A DNA stretch of 64,000 nt, taken from NCBI GenBank assembly GCA_027489965.1, contig JAIXZA010000053.1:57976-121975 (forward strand), written 5' to 3'. Every line of letters begins with the position of its first letter. Within the stretch, counting starts at the first letter, position 1. The notes beneath the pieces are model-generated. The model worked only from the letters and a program-made list of their open reading frames with translations, was not told the origin of the DNA and did no database searches. The DNA is from Verrucomicrobiaceae bacterium (GTDB lineage: Bacteria > Verrucomicrobiota > Verrucomicrobiia > Verrucomicrobiales > Verrucomicrobiaceae). Below, one piece after another: positions 35,676 to 43,938 of the stretch. The position numbers and the translations under genes were made by a program.

Positions 35676-37433
35676 ATGAGCGATAACGAAGTGACTTCTG
35701 CTGATACACCCGCACCGAAACCGTCGGTCGCGGTGGACCTTTCCGATTTTAAAATGATGCCCGGCTGGGTTTCCGGCATCGGCAGCGCACCTGCGAACCT
35801 AAGCCGCTTTGAAGAGCGTGAAGATCGTGGACCACGCCGTGATGGCGATCGCCGTGGCGGACCTCCTGGCCGTGGTGCCGGAGGAGGCCAAGGCCGTGAC
35901 CGCGGAGACTCGCGTCCACCACGCCGTGATGGACCTCCAGGTCAAGGCGGCGGCCCGCGCCGTGATGGGCCCCCAGGACAAAGTGGCGGACCGCGCCGTG
36001 ATGGCGGTGATCGCAATGGTCCACGCAGATTCAGTGATCGTGACGGCCCACGTCAGCCGCAGCGTGACTGGGTGGAAATCCCACGCGACGTCCAAGTCGT
36101 CATCGAGCCGGAAGACAAATCCGCCGAAGCTCTGGCCAATCACATTCGCAACAGCGGCCACGCTTTCAGCATGTTTGATGCGGCACGTCTCGTCCTCGCA
36201 GAGGGAGATCGCTTCCAGGCACGCTACACCTGTGCCTCAGAGCGCACCTCGGGCTTGTTCGTGACGCCAGCTGATGGCGGTCTCTTTTTAACTCGTGATG
36301 AGGCCACCCAGCACGTGCTGCGTAGCGCTGCATTGGAAACCTACTACCGTACGGAAGAGATCGAACTCGAAGAACCCAAGGGTGACTTCAAAAGTGTCGG
36401 AGTCTGCGGCATGAGCGGAGAACTCATCGCCCCACCGAGCCATCACAGCTTCCAGACAGCCATCATCCGCCTGCACCGTGAGCGCTTTTCCAACATGCCG
36501 CTGGAGGATTACAAGCGCCGCGTGCGTGTTGAGTCTGATCCAGAACTCGTCACCAAATGGAAAGAGCAGCAGAAAAAAGGCATGCGCTGGATCTGGCTCA
36601 AAGATCAGCCTGCGGAAGGTGCCGAGCCTACCACATTAAGCACGCGGGCAGAAATGGAGTCCCACTTCCGCCGTATGCATGGTGAAGATGCCGTCCGCGA
36701 AGTGCGTGAGGCCATTGTTCATGGCAATGTCGATAAACAAAAGCTTTCTCACGTCCTCTTCATCCTCCTCCGCGGAGCCGTGGACACAGCGCGGAAGCAC
36801 CTCTTCGAGATGTCCCAAAAACTCGGCGGAGGTTTCGAGCGCCGCAGCCTGAAGCTGTTCAAGCGCCGCGCAGGAAAGCTTTTCGTCTGCCGAGTCAAAC
36901 CCAAAGCCATCGACCCAGGCGTCGTCTTTTCGACTCGTGTATCAAACATTGTGGAAGTACTTAAAGGCAAGTCTGGCATCATGCTGCATGACTTGGTCGA
37001 AGCCATCTGCCCATCTAATGTCGTAGCCGAACCTGTCGAAGGCGAAACCCAAGCTTCCAAAGTCCCCGCAGCCCCAACTGAAGAACAAATCTCCGTGATC
37101 AAAGACATTCGTTGGCTCGCCAATGAAGGTTATGTCATCGAATACAGTGACGGCATGGTCTTCCTCGGTGTCCAAGGTGAAGTACAGCCAGCCAAAGCTC
37201 CTAAAGCAGCCTCAAAAGCTGAGTCCCTCGAAACTTTAGAAGTCAAGGCTGAGGAAACGAATACTCCTACTGACCCAGAGGAAACGATTGAGACTCCTGA
37301 ATCTTCAGGAACAGAAAATTCAAGCCAAGAAGTAGAGCCTGATCCTTCTCTAATAGCTGAGGTTGATGCTATGGCTGAATCCGGTCAAAAAGCCGAAGAC
37401 CCAGCAGATATCGCCGAGACAAAGGAAGATTAG
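35676..37433 (+). CDS. Conserved hypothetical protein with RGG/PRRDG-rich disordered N-terminus and acidic C-terminal tail
   Basis: Low-complexity RG-rich segment, a folded core containing CGMSG..IAPP.HH.FQ, a winged-helix-like DIRWLANEGYVIEYSDG, and a Glu-rich tail. ATG at 35676 preferred. Confidence 0.75.
   Translation: MSDNEVTSADTPAPKPSVAVDLSDFKMMPGWVSGIGSAPANLSRFEEREDRGPRRDGDRRGGPPGRGAGGGQGRDRGDSRPPRRDGPPGQGGGPRRDGPPGQSGGPRRDGGDRNGPRRFSDRDGPRQPQRDWVEIPRDVQVVIEPEDKSAEALANHIRNSGHAFSMFDAARLVLAEGDRFQARYTCASERTSGLFVTPADGGLFLTRDEATQHVLRSAALETYYRTEEIELEEPKGDFKSVGVCGMSGELIAPPSHHSFQTAIIRLHRERFSNMPLEDYKRRVRVESDPELVTKWKEQQKKGMRWIWLKDQPAEGAEPTTLSTRAEMESHFRRMHGEDAVREVREAIVHGNVDKQKLSHVLFILLRGAVDTARKHLFEMSQKLGGGFERRSLKLFKRRAGKLFVCRVKPKAIDPGVVFSTRVSNIVEVLKGKSGIMLHDLVEAICPSNVVAEPVEGETQASKVPAAPTEEQISVIKDIRWLANEGYVIEYSDGMVFLGVQGEVQPAKAPKAASKAESLETLEVKAEETNTPTDPEETIETPESSGTENSSQEVEPDPSLIAEVDAMAESGQKAEDPADIAETKED
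35919..36008 (+). repeat. In-frame 36-bp tandem repeat (PRRDGPPGQ[G/S]GG x2.5)
   Basis: Units start at 35919, 35955 and 35991. Confidence 0.85.
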
Positions 37434-37892
37434 TCAGAATCAAGATTCTACATTCTGGGCAAAGGCAATTCCACAACCGACGATGGGAGTCACTCGATCG
37501 TAGATTGAGCATGCTTGGCGAGGGAAAATCATGCATGCATGAAAACATCATCCCCAGCCTTCCCTGACTTTCTTTGAAGGCACACACACCACCTAGCCTC
37601 CGACACCATACTCCAGGCACGGATCTCGGCCATTGGGATAGGGAGCGTCTTCCTCCCGTTTCTCTGCCGCTCAGCCTACCCACACTGCTGGTAAGTACGT
37701 CATTCCAGCGGTCCCACTTCTGATTCCTTCATAGAGCTAGAGAACGCTAGGTTTATCCCGAGTCAGAGTCTTACGAGCCAACGCTCTCAAAATCATACCA
37801 TTATGGCGCATTTACAGGATACTCGAAAAATACCAATTTACATAAATATTATATAAACCATATTATTTAACATTCCCCTTCACGAGGCAAGG

Positions 37893-38723
37893 ATGTCTCT
37901 TTATATCACACCGACTACTTCTGTTATGAATTCTAGCTCCACTCTTGTCGAACGCGTCGAACGCGAGCGCTACTCTCATACCGTGAAAGATGTGATGGCA
38001 GAACACAACAAGCTTAAAGGCCGCTTCCCGCACAATGACACTTATCCGTCCACCGTCAGGCTGAGTGATCTTTATCAGGACTACATGCGAAATCTCGACG
38101 GCCTGACAATTCTAGATTATGGCTGCGGACGTGGTGATATGGCTCTGCAATATCTGAATAACGGAGCAACCAAGATCCATGGGATCGACATTTCGGATGT
38201 CTATGTAGCCCACGCAGACGAGCAGGCACGGAAGCACGGCTTTTCTCCAGATCGCTTTGACTTTCAAGTCATGGATGCCCATAAACTGAGCTTCCCTGAC
38301 AATAGTTTTGATATCGTAGCAGGATGGAGCATTTTACATCACCTCGATGCGGAAACGGCCATGAATGAAGTTTACCGTGTGCTTAAACCCGGTGGACGCG
38401 TGCTGTTCTGGGAGCCTCTGGCAGACCATCCAATGCTGAAAGTTTTCCGCTGGTTGACTCCCCAAGCGCGCACTGTGGATGAGGCCCCATTCACTGGCAC
38501 AGCCTTGAAACGTATCGTGGAGCAAAACAACTGGCGTTCTGAATTGGCCTACTGTGGTCTCATTGAAGGACCTGTGGCTATGCTGACATCCGTGCTAATT
38601 CCAAATCATCCAGATAATTTCCTTCTTCGAATCGCTGATAAAATCGAACGCTGGACGCATGAGAAAAAAATCCTCACTTCGTGGAATCAACGAGTGCTTT
38701 TCAACTTGGTCAAGCAAGTCTGA
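37893..38723 (+). CDS. Class I SAM-dependent methyltransferase
   Basis: ILDYGCGRG, IHGIDIS, MDAHKLSFPDNSFDIV, ILHHL..VYRVLKPGG. AT-rich upstream region. Confidence 0.9.
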   Translation: MSLYITPTTSVMNSSSTLVERVERERYSHTVKDVMAEHNKLKGRFPHNDTYPSTVRLSDLYQDYMRNLDGLTILDYGCGRGDMALQYLNNGATKIHGIDISDVYVAHADEQARKHGFSPDRFDFQVMDAHKLSFPDNSFDIVAGWSILHHLDAETAMNEVYRVLKPGGRVLFWEPLADHPMLKVFRWLTPQARTVDEAPFTGTALKRIVEQNNWRSELAYCGLIEGPVAMLTSVLIPNHPDNFLLRIADKIERWTHEKKILTSWNQRVLFNLVKQV

Positions 38724-38849
38724 TCAAACAGAAAACACGAAACCTGGCATCTTTTTTGCCGCGTTTCTAACCTACTTCCCGACTTGAGCAAAATCTGCCT
38801 CAGGCACGAGCATCCGCCATCTATAGATGCATGAGTTGCTCACGGACAG

Positions 38850-38995
38850 TGGTTTGCGAGGTGCTAAGCACAAGTGACTTCATCAGGCACTTCAAGGGGC
38901 CGTTTTCCCAACCGCAGAGCCAACGCAAGTTCGTTTCGGATTTCAGGCGGTCAATAATCGAGCAGCAGTTTCATCGTTGAGTCGTCGGTCGCAAT
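38850..38995 (-). mobile_element. Degenerate IS5/IS1182-like transposase fragment
   Basis: The minus strand encodes ..PTT..IDRLKSETNLRWLCGWENG and, after a frameshift, EVPDEVT. This resembles the 'L..RL..D..LR.ICGW...VP.E.TFSR' N-terminal transposase motif. Stops and frameshifts present. Confidence 0.45.
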
Positions 38996-39076
38996 TCAAT
39001 GAAGGTTAATGGATGCAAGCAAGGTCTGAAGAAAGAATAAGTATATACAGTGCCCCATCGAAGCTACCCATTCCTC

Positions 39077-40396
39077 ATGAAGCCAACCCTTCTCCTCACC
39101 CTCCTTACGCTCGCCATCGTTCCTATCTCGCATGGTCAGCAACCGCCGCTCGTTGGCGGATTCAGCCAAACGGCGACCACCGATGCCGAAGTGCTCAAGG
39201 CAGCGCAATTTGCCGTCAAAGCCCACGATGTGAAACTCACGCTGCAAAGCGTCAATGCCGCCGAGCAGCAGGTCGTCGCAGGCATCAACTACAAGCTCCG
39301 GCTGGCCACTTCCGACGGTCGCAAGGCCGATGCCGTCGTCTGGCGCAAGCTTGATGGCAGCCACAAACTCACCTACTGGCAATCGATCTCTGTCGATCCC
39401 GCGATCCTCAAAACCGAATACATCTACAACACTGGCCCTTACCCACAGATCCACGCCACCACGATCGTCGAAACGCCCACGGGGCTTGTTTCTGCTTGGT
39501 TTGGCGGCACCGCCGAAAGGAATCCTGATGTGTGCATCTGGGTGTCGCGTCAGCTTCCCGATGGCAAATGGACCGAGGGCGTCGAAACGGCCAATGGTGT
39601 GCAAGCAGATGGCTCGCGGCATCCCACATGGAATCCTGTGCTGTTTCAGCCAAAAGATTCGCCGCTGATGCTCTTCTACAAGGTCGGCCCATCGCCAAGC
39701 ACCTGGTGGGGTGAACTCAAAACCTCGACCAATGGGGGCAAAACATGGTCAGCAGCTCAAAAGCTGCCAAAAGGCATCTTTGGCCCCATCAAGAACAAGC
39801 CCGTGCAACTCGCGAATGGCGATATCCTTTGCCCGACAAGCAACGAGACCGACACCAAGCCAAGCGCCTGGGCCATCTACTTCGAGCGCACCGCCGATCT
39901 CGGCAAAACCTGGACGCGCACGGAGCTGTTGCACGATGGTTTGAAAATCGGAGCCATCCAGCCTAGTATTCTTTTTCTCGGTGGCGATAAACTCCAAGCC
40001 GTGGGCCGCACGAAACAGGGTAAAGTCTTCCACATCACCTCCGACGATGCCGGCAAGACCTGGGGCGAGATTTCACTCACCGAACTGCCAAACCCGAACT
40101 CCGGCACCGACGCCGTCACGCTTGCCGATGGTCGTCATCTGCTCATCTACAACCACACCGCCAAAGGTCGCAGCCCGCTGAACCTCGCCGTGAGCAAGGA
40201 TGGCAAGACCTGGGAAGCTGCCTTGATGCTTGAGGACGCGCCAAAAAAAGAATTTAGCTATCCCGCTATCATTCAAACCAAGGACGGCCTCATACACATC
40301 ACCTACACTTGGCAGCGCCAGAAGGTGAAACATGTCGTGCTTGATCCTGCGAAACTTATGACAAAGCCCATTCTCGGTAGTCAGTGGCCGCAGTAG
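39077..40396 (+). CDS. Secreted cystatin-like domain fused to BNR/Asp-box sialidase-like beta-propeller
   Basis: Signal peptide. Cystatin hallmarks LVGGF..QQVVAGINY..VVW. Propeller with HATTIVE, WFGGTAE, WNPVLF and Asp-boxes STNGGKTW, TADLGKTW, SDDAGKTW, SKDGKTW. Confidence 0.85.
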   Translation: MKPTLLLTLLTLAIVPISHGQQPPLVGGFSQTATTDAEVLKAAQFAVKAHDVKLTLQSVNAAEQQVVAGINYKLRLATSDGRKADAVVWRKLDGSHKLTYWQSISVDPAILKTEYIYNTGPYPQIHATTIVETPTGLVSAWFGGTAERNPDVCIWVSRQLPDGKWTEGVETANGVQADGSRHPTWNPVLFQPKDSPLMLFYKVGPSPSTWWGELKTSTNGGKTWSAAQKLPKGIFGPIKNKPVQLANGDILCPTSNETDTKPSAWAIYFERTADLGKTWTRTELLHDGLKIGAIQPSILFLGGDKLQAVGRTKQGKVFHITSDDAGKTWGEISLTELPNPNSGTDAVTLADGRHLLIYNHTAKGRSPLNLAVSKDGKTWEAALMLEDAPKKEFSYPAIIQTKDGLIHITYTWQRQKVKHVVLDPAKLMTKPILGSQWPQ

Positions 40397-40410
40397 CGTC
40401 GATTGAAGTG

Positions 40411-40453
40411 GCGATTGAATTCGAATCACCCAAACTGATTCGATTTCAATCGC
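40411..40453. repeat. 18-bp inverted repeat (1 mismatch) with 7-nt loop
   Basis: GCGATTGAATTCGAATCA-cccaaac-TGATTCGATTTCAATCGC. Confidence 0.85.
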
Positions 40454-40461
40454 ATCTACGA

Positions 40462-41082
40462 CTCAAGAATACGCTCTCCATCCTTCTCCTGCTAGCATGT
40501 CTCACTTTGCAATTGCACGCTCAAGAAATGCCCGCAGAGACCTTTGAGGTCGCCGGACACTCCGCCTACGTGCGCGGCTCGCCAGCCAGCACGGCGAAGT
40601 TCACGCTGTTTTAAAACGAGATGATCAAGCGTGGCTATTCCCCGAAGCCGATCCTGCTCGGCCAAAGTCGAGGCGGCATGATGACTCTGGCGTGGGCATT
40701 TCGAAATCCCGATAAGGTGAAGGTCTGGGTTGGAATCTACCCCGTCTGCAATCTCGCGAGTTGGCCGCTCCAGCCCGCCGAGGCCTCGACACTAGCCGAC
40801 TACGGCATGAAGAAGGAGGAACTCGTCGCCAAACTCAGTGAGTTCAATCCTATCGACAATCTCGCCGGACTCGCGGCAAACAAGGTTCCCATATTCGCCG
40901 TCCATGGCGATAGCGATGTGGTGGTGCCGTATGATTTGAACACGCAGACCCTCAAGGAGCGCTATCAGGCTGCAGGAGGCTCTTTCAACGTGAAGATGGT
41001 CCACTCTGAAGGTCATAAGGTTGGCCCTTCATTCTTCAAATGCCGAGAGCTGGTCGATTTTGTCCTGAAACACGCTAAATAA
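40462..41082 (+). pseudogene. Secreted alpha/beta hydrolase pseudogene
   Basis: A signal-like segment lacking ATG (ctc aag aat acg..), an in-frame TAA at 40612-40614, then the same frame continues with the nucleophile elbow GQSRGG, GIYPV, VHGDSDVVVP and a His region. The N-terminal part looks internally deleted. Confidence 0.7.
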
Positions 41083-41091
41083 CATAGCCCC

Positions 41092-41535
41092 ATGAAAACA
41101 CTGCTCGCCACCCTCTCACTTCTTTTCGCTTTCCAAGTACACGCTGAGGATCATCCGAGTCTCGCAGCAGTCCAAGCGGCTGATAAAGCCCGCATCGCAG
41201 CAATGCAATCCGGCGACCGAGAAAAGCTCGACGCGATCTTCTCCGTCGATCTTCGCTACGCGCACTCGAACGGCATCGTGGACACGAAAACGTCATTTAT
41301 TGATATTCTTAGCGCCGGGAAGACGAAGTATGTCGGCTATGACTACGAGGAGCAAAACTTCACCTTCCCCGCGCCAGGCATCGCGCTGATGACGGGGCAT
41401 GCGCATATCAAAGCGGAGGCGGACGGTAAGGTGATGGATGCGGTGCTGAGCTTCCTAGCTGTGTGGCGCGAGGAAAAAGGCCAGTGGCGCTTTTTGGCGT
41501 GGCAGTCGTGCAAACTACCGCCGGCGACGAAGTAG
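41092..41535 (+). CDS. Secreted NTF2-like (DUF4440) protein
   Basis: Signal peptide, LDAIFSVDLRYAHSNG.VDTK..FI, and FLAVWREEKGQWRFLAWQS. Confidence 0.85.
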   Translation: MKTLLATLSLLFAFQVHAEDHPSLAAVQAADKARIAAMQSGDREKLDAIFSVDLRYAHSNGIVDTKTSFIDILSAGKTKYVGYDYEEQNFTFPAPGIALMTGHAHIKAEADGKVMDAVLSFLAVWREEKGQWRFLAWQSCKLPPATK

Positions 41536-41550
41536 CTTCAACCTAAAACC

Positions 41551-41690
41551 AATTTCATGTTTCAAGTTCACGGTTTTCAAGCCCTGAAACCCAAAGCCTT
41601 GCGACCGAAGTGTTCCACATTTTTTTGAGGGTCATGCCTGGTAACAGCCTGATTCAGAAAACTTTGAACGTGAATCCCGAAACTTGAATT
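41551..41690. repeat. ~140-bp element bounded by imperfect inverted repeats of TTCAAG-type motifs (MITE/REP-like)
   Basis: The left end AATTTCATGTTTCAAGTTCACGGTTTTCAAG resembles the reverse complement of the right end (AAATTCAAGTTTCGGGATTCACGTTCAAAG). Confidence 0.45.
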
Positions 41691-41810
41691 TAGCTTAAAG
41701 TGTCACTCGAAGACGAACGCCCGAGCACCCTCGATTACTGATCGAAACCGCAGGTAAATCAGAGGCTAGAAAACCAGCGCCGAAGCCGTTTACATGGGTC
41801 CAGATAACGA

Positions 41811-42791
41811 ATGATATCCCTGATTGTCGGCCTTTTTGTCCTTTTACTTGTCTCGCTTGCCGAGTGGATTCATGGACGGCGCATTCGGGTGGCGGCGCGG
41901 CTGGCTTTTGGCACACAGGGCGCAAAGGCCTGGACACATCTGGTGCCGTGGCTGCGGGTCGCAAGTCTGACGGCGTTTGCGTGGGGCGTGACGACGTTGC
42001 TAATCCTCAAGCTTGAGATGCCCGAAGATACCTCGGCCAAGGAGCGCCAGGATGCAGAGGCGACGCGGCTGGTATTTGTCGCGGATTTGTCGCCGAGCAT
42101 GTTTTTAAAGGACTCGGGGCCGGATGGCACGCTGACACGTCATGCGCGGATGCGCGAGGTGGTGGAGGGCATTCTCCAGCGCGTGAGCGGGAACCTGCGC
42201 TTTGGCGTGATCGGGTTTTATACGGACTCATTGCCAGTGGTGATGGAGGCGCGCGATCCTGAGTTGGTGCGGAACGTCTTCAATGGTCTGCCGCTTACTT
42301 ATGCAATGCCTGTCGGTCAGACGGATCTCGGCACGGCAATCAATCGCACCTTGGAAATCGTGGAGGACTTTCCCAAAAGCAGCACACGCATGATCATCCT
42401 CACGGATGGCGACTCCATCCCGCTCGCGCCGATCAATCCGCGACCAGCATCGGTGCGGGAGCTGCTGGTGCTCGGCGTCGGCAATCCGCGCAAGGGCAGC
42501 TTCATCGACGGGCATCAATCGCGCCAGGAGTCCGATACATTGCAACGGGTCGCGATCTCGCTGCTTGGTGTTTATCATGATGTGAATGACAAGCATCTCG
42601 CGACCGAGGCATTGGGCGACCTCGTCGTGCCGCTGGCCCTGCCGCATCAGGGGCTCACGCTCGCGCAATGGGCTGTGCTGGCGATGGCGCTCGGCGCTTT
42701 CATTTATGCGCTGATTCCCGTAACGCTCGAATACTTCGGAACCGATTGGAAGGTGCGCAGCGTCAGGAAGGAGGTGGCCTCCGCACGATGA
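41811..42791 (+). CDS. vWA domain membrane protein (BatB-like)
   Basis: N-terminal TM pair, MIDAS DLSPSM, GQTDLG, IILTDGD, and a C-terminal TM. ATGA-coupled to the next gene. Confidence 0.85.
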   Translation: MISLIVGLFVLLLVSLAEWIHGRRIRVAARLAFGTQGAKAWTHLVPWLRVASLTAFAWGVTTLLILKLEMPEDTSAKERQDAEATRLVFVADLSPSMFLKDSGPDGTLTRHARMREVVEGILQRVSGNLRFGVIGFYTDSLPVVMEARDPELVRNVFNGLPLTYAMPVGQTDLGTAINRTLEIVEDFPKSSTRMIILTDGDSIPLAPINPRPASVRELLVLGVGNPRKGSFIDGHQSRQESDTLQRVAISLLGVYHDVNDKHLATEALGDLVVPLALPHQGLTLAQWAVLAMALGAFIYALIPVTLEYFGTDWKVRSVRKEVASAR

Positions 42792-43342
42792 GAAAGTTCT
42801 TCACCTTGCTCTGGCTGCTGTGTCCGGTGGCGGCGTTGTATTACCACTTCAATGAAGGTCAAAACGAGCTGGCCCGCATCCAGGCGCGCAAGCACGTCGA
42901 GCAAATCCGCGAGCTGGAGCGCATGAAGGAGCCGGATTGGGCGGTCATCATTGAGGAATATGACAAGCTCAGCGCTGAGCTGCCGAAGACCGAAGCCCCG
43001 CTCGTGCATCATCAGATTCGTCTGGCGAAATCCAAGGCGCAGTTGGAGTTGCTCGATGTCGCGGGCAGCATCGAAGAACTGACCAATCTATTGCGTGAGG
43101 CGGCACAGACACATGGCGAGGACGCAAAAATCACCCGCGCCGTGCGCGAGATGCTCGGCAAGGCGCACTATTACGCGACTTATCTTTTGAAGACCAACGG
43201 TGCAGCCGAGGAAGAATGGCGGCCCTTCGCCGAACGCACGCGGCAGATCTTCCGCTTCCTCGCGGAGCATCAGGAACCCGGCGCGCTCGCGAAGTATGAA
43301 GACCGCGTCGCGGCAGAATTTGAGAAGACGACCAGCAAATGA
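42788..43342 (+). CDS. Membrane-anchored helical/TPR-like protein (BatC position)
   Basis: ATG 42788 overlaps the upstream stop (the ORF track extends it to 42668). N-terminal hydrophobic segment and an all-helical pattern. Confidence 0.7.
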   Translation: MRKFFTLLWLLCPVAALYYHFNEGQNELARIQARKHVEQIRELERMKEPDWAVIIEEYDKLSAELPKTEAPLVHHQIRLAKSKAQLELLDVAGSIEELTNLLREAAQTHGEDAKITRAVREMLGKAHYYATYLLKTNGAAEEEWRPFAERTRQIFRFLAEHQEPGALAKYEDRVAAEFEKTTSK

Positions 43343-43929
43343 AAACACTGAAGTTCATCATCCTCTCATCACTCATGGCGGGCAGCGCCATGGCCCAGGA
43401 AAAATCTGCTATGGATGCGATCAATGGCGTCAAAGGCGTGAAGCAGGAAGCCGTGCAAAGCATTAAGAAGATCGCGCCACCAACGGTTGTGCCCGTGTCT
43501 CCGCCGCCACCAACGAGAGTGACTCAACCCATCCCTCCTCCACCGCCCACGGGTGTCGCGCAGCCACCGCCACCACCACCTCCTGCCGCACAAGGCGTCA
43601 ACAAAGTGGATGGCATTCAAGCAACGTCGCCGAACACCGTGAAGGGCATCCCGCCTCCGCCCGCTGCGACTATCAGCACTATCCGCGCGGTGCAAGGCGT
43701 GCAGGGAATCATCGCGCCGAAGCAGATGAATCTTGAAGCCGCGCTGCTTATCAAAGAAGACGCCAAAGGCGTTCCTGCTGCCAGAGGTACAGAAGGCGGC
43801 AAAGGTAAAGCTGCCGCTGCTGCCTTACTGAACGGTCCAAAGGGACTCACCCCCGCGCCACCCGTCCCGAACGGCGATGGACGCGCGGGACTACAAGAGT
43901 TCGAGAAGCTCGACAAGCCCGGATCATAA
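43339..43929 (+). CDS. Secreted proline-rich hypothetical protein
   Basis: Signal peptide (..GSAMA|QEK), poly-Pro runs, and a recurring V.GV.GI motif. ATGA-coupled. Confidence 0.75.
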   Translation: MKTLKFIILSSLMAGSAMAQEKSAMDAINGVKGVKQEAVQSIKKIAPPTVVPVSPPPPTRVTQPIPPPPPTGVAQPPPPPPPAAQGVNKVDGIQATSPNTVKGIPPPPAATISTIRAVQGVQGIIAPKQMNLEAALLIKEDAKGVPAARGTEGGKGKAAAAALLNGPKGLTPAPPVPNGDGRAGLQEFEKLDKPGS

Positions 43930-43938
43930 TCATACTCC

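Noticed and set aside
37846-37873. dif-like site (ATAA-accata-TTATTTAACAT)
   Set aside because: The right arm partly resembles the XerD arm, but the left arm matches only ATAA, and the region is AT-rich promoter DNA where such matches arise by chance.
37434-37892. 460-bp intergenic gap as a tRNA/ncRNA locus
   Set aside because: No cloverleaf, T-loop motif or convincing long stem was seen, and the 104-aa minus-strand ORF has no support.
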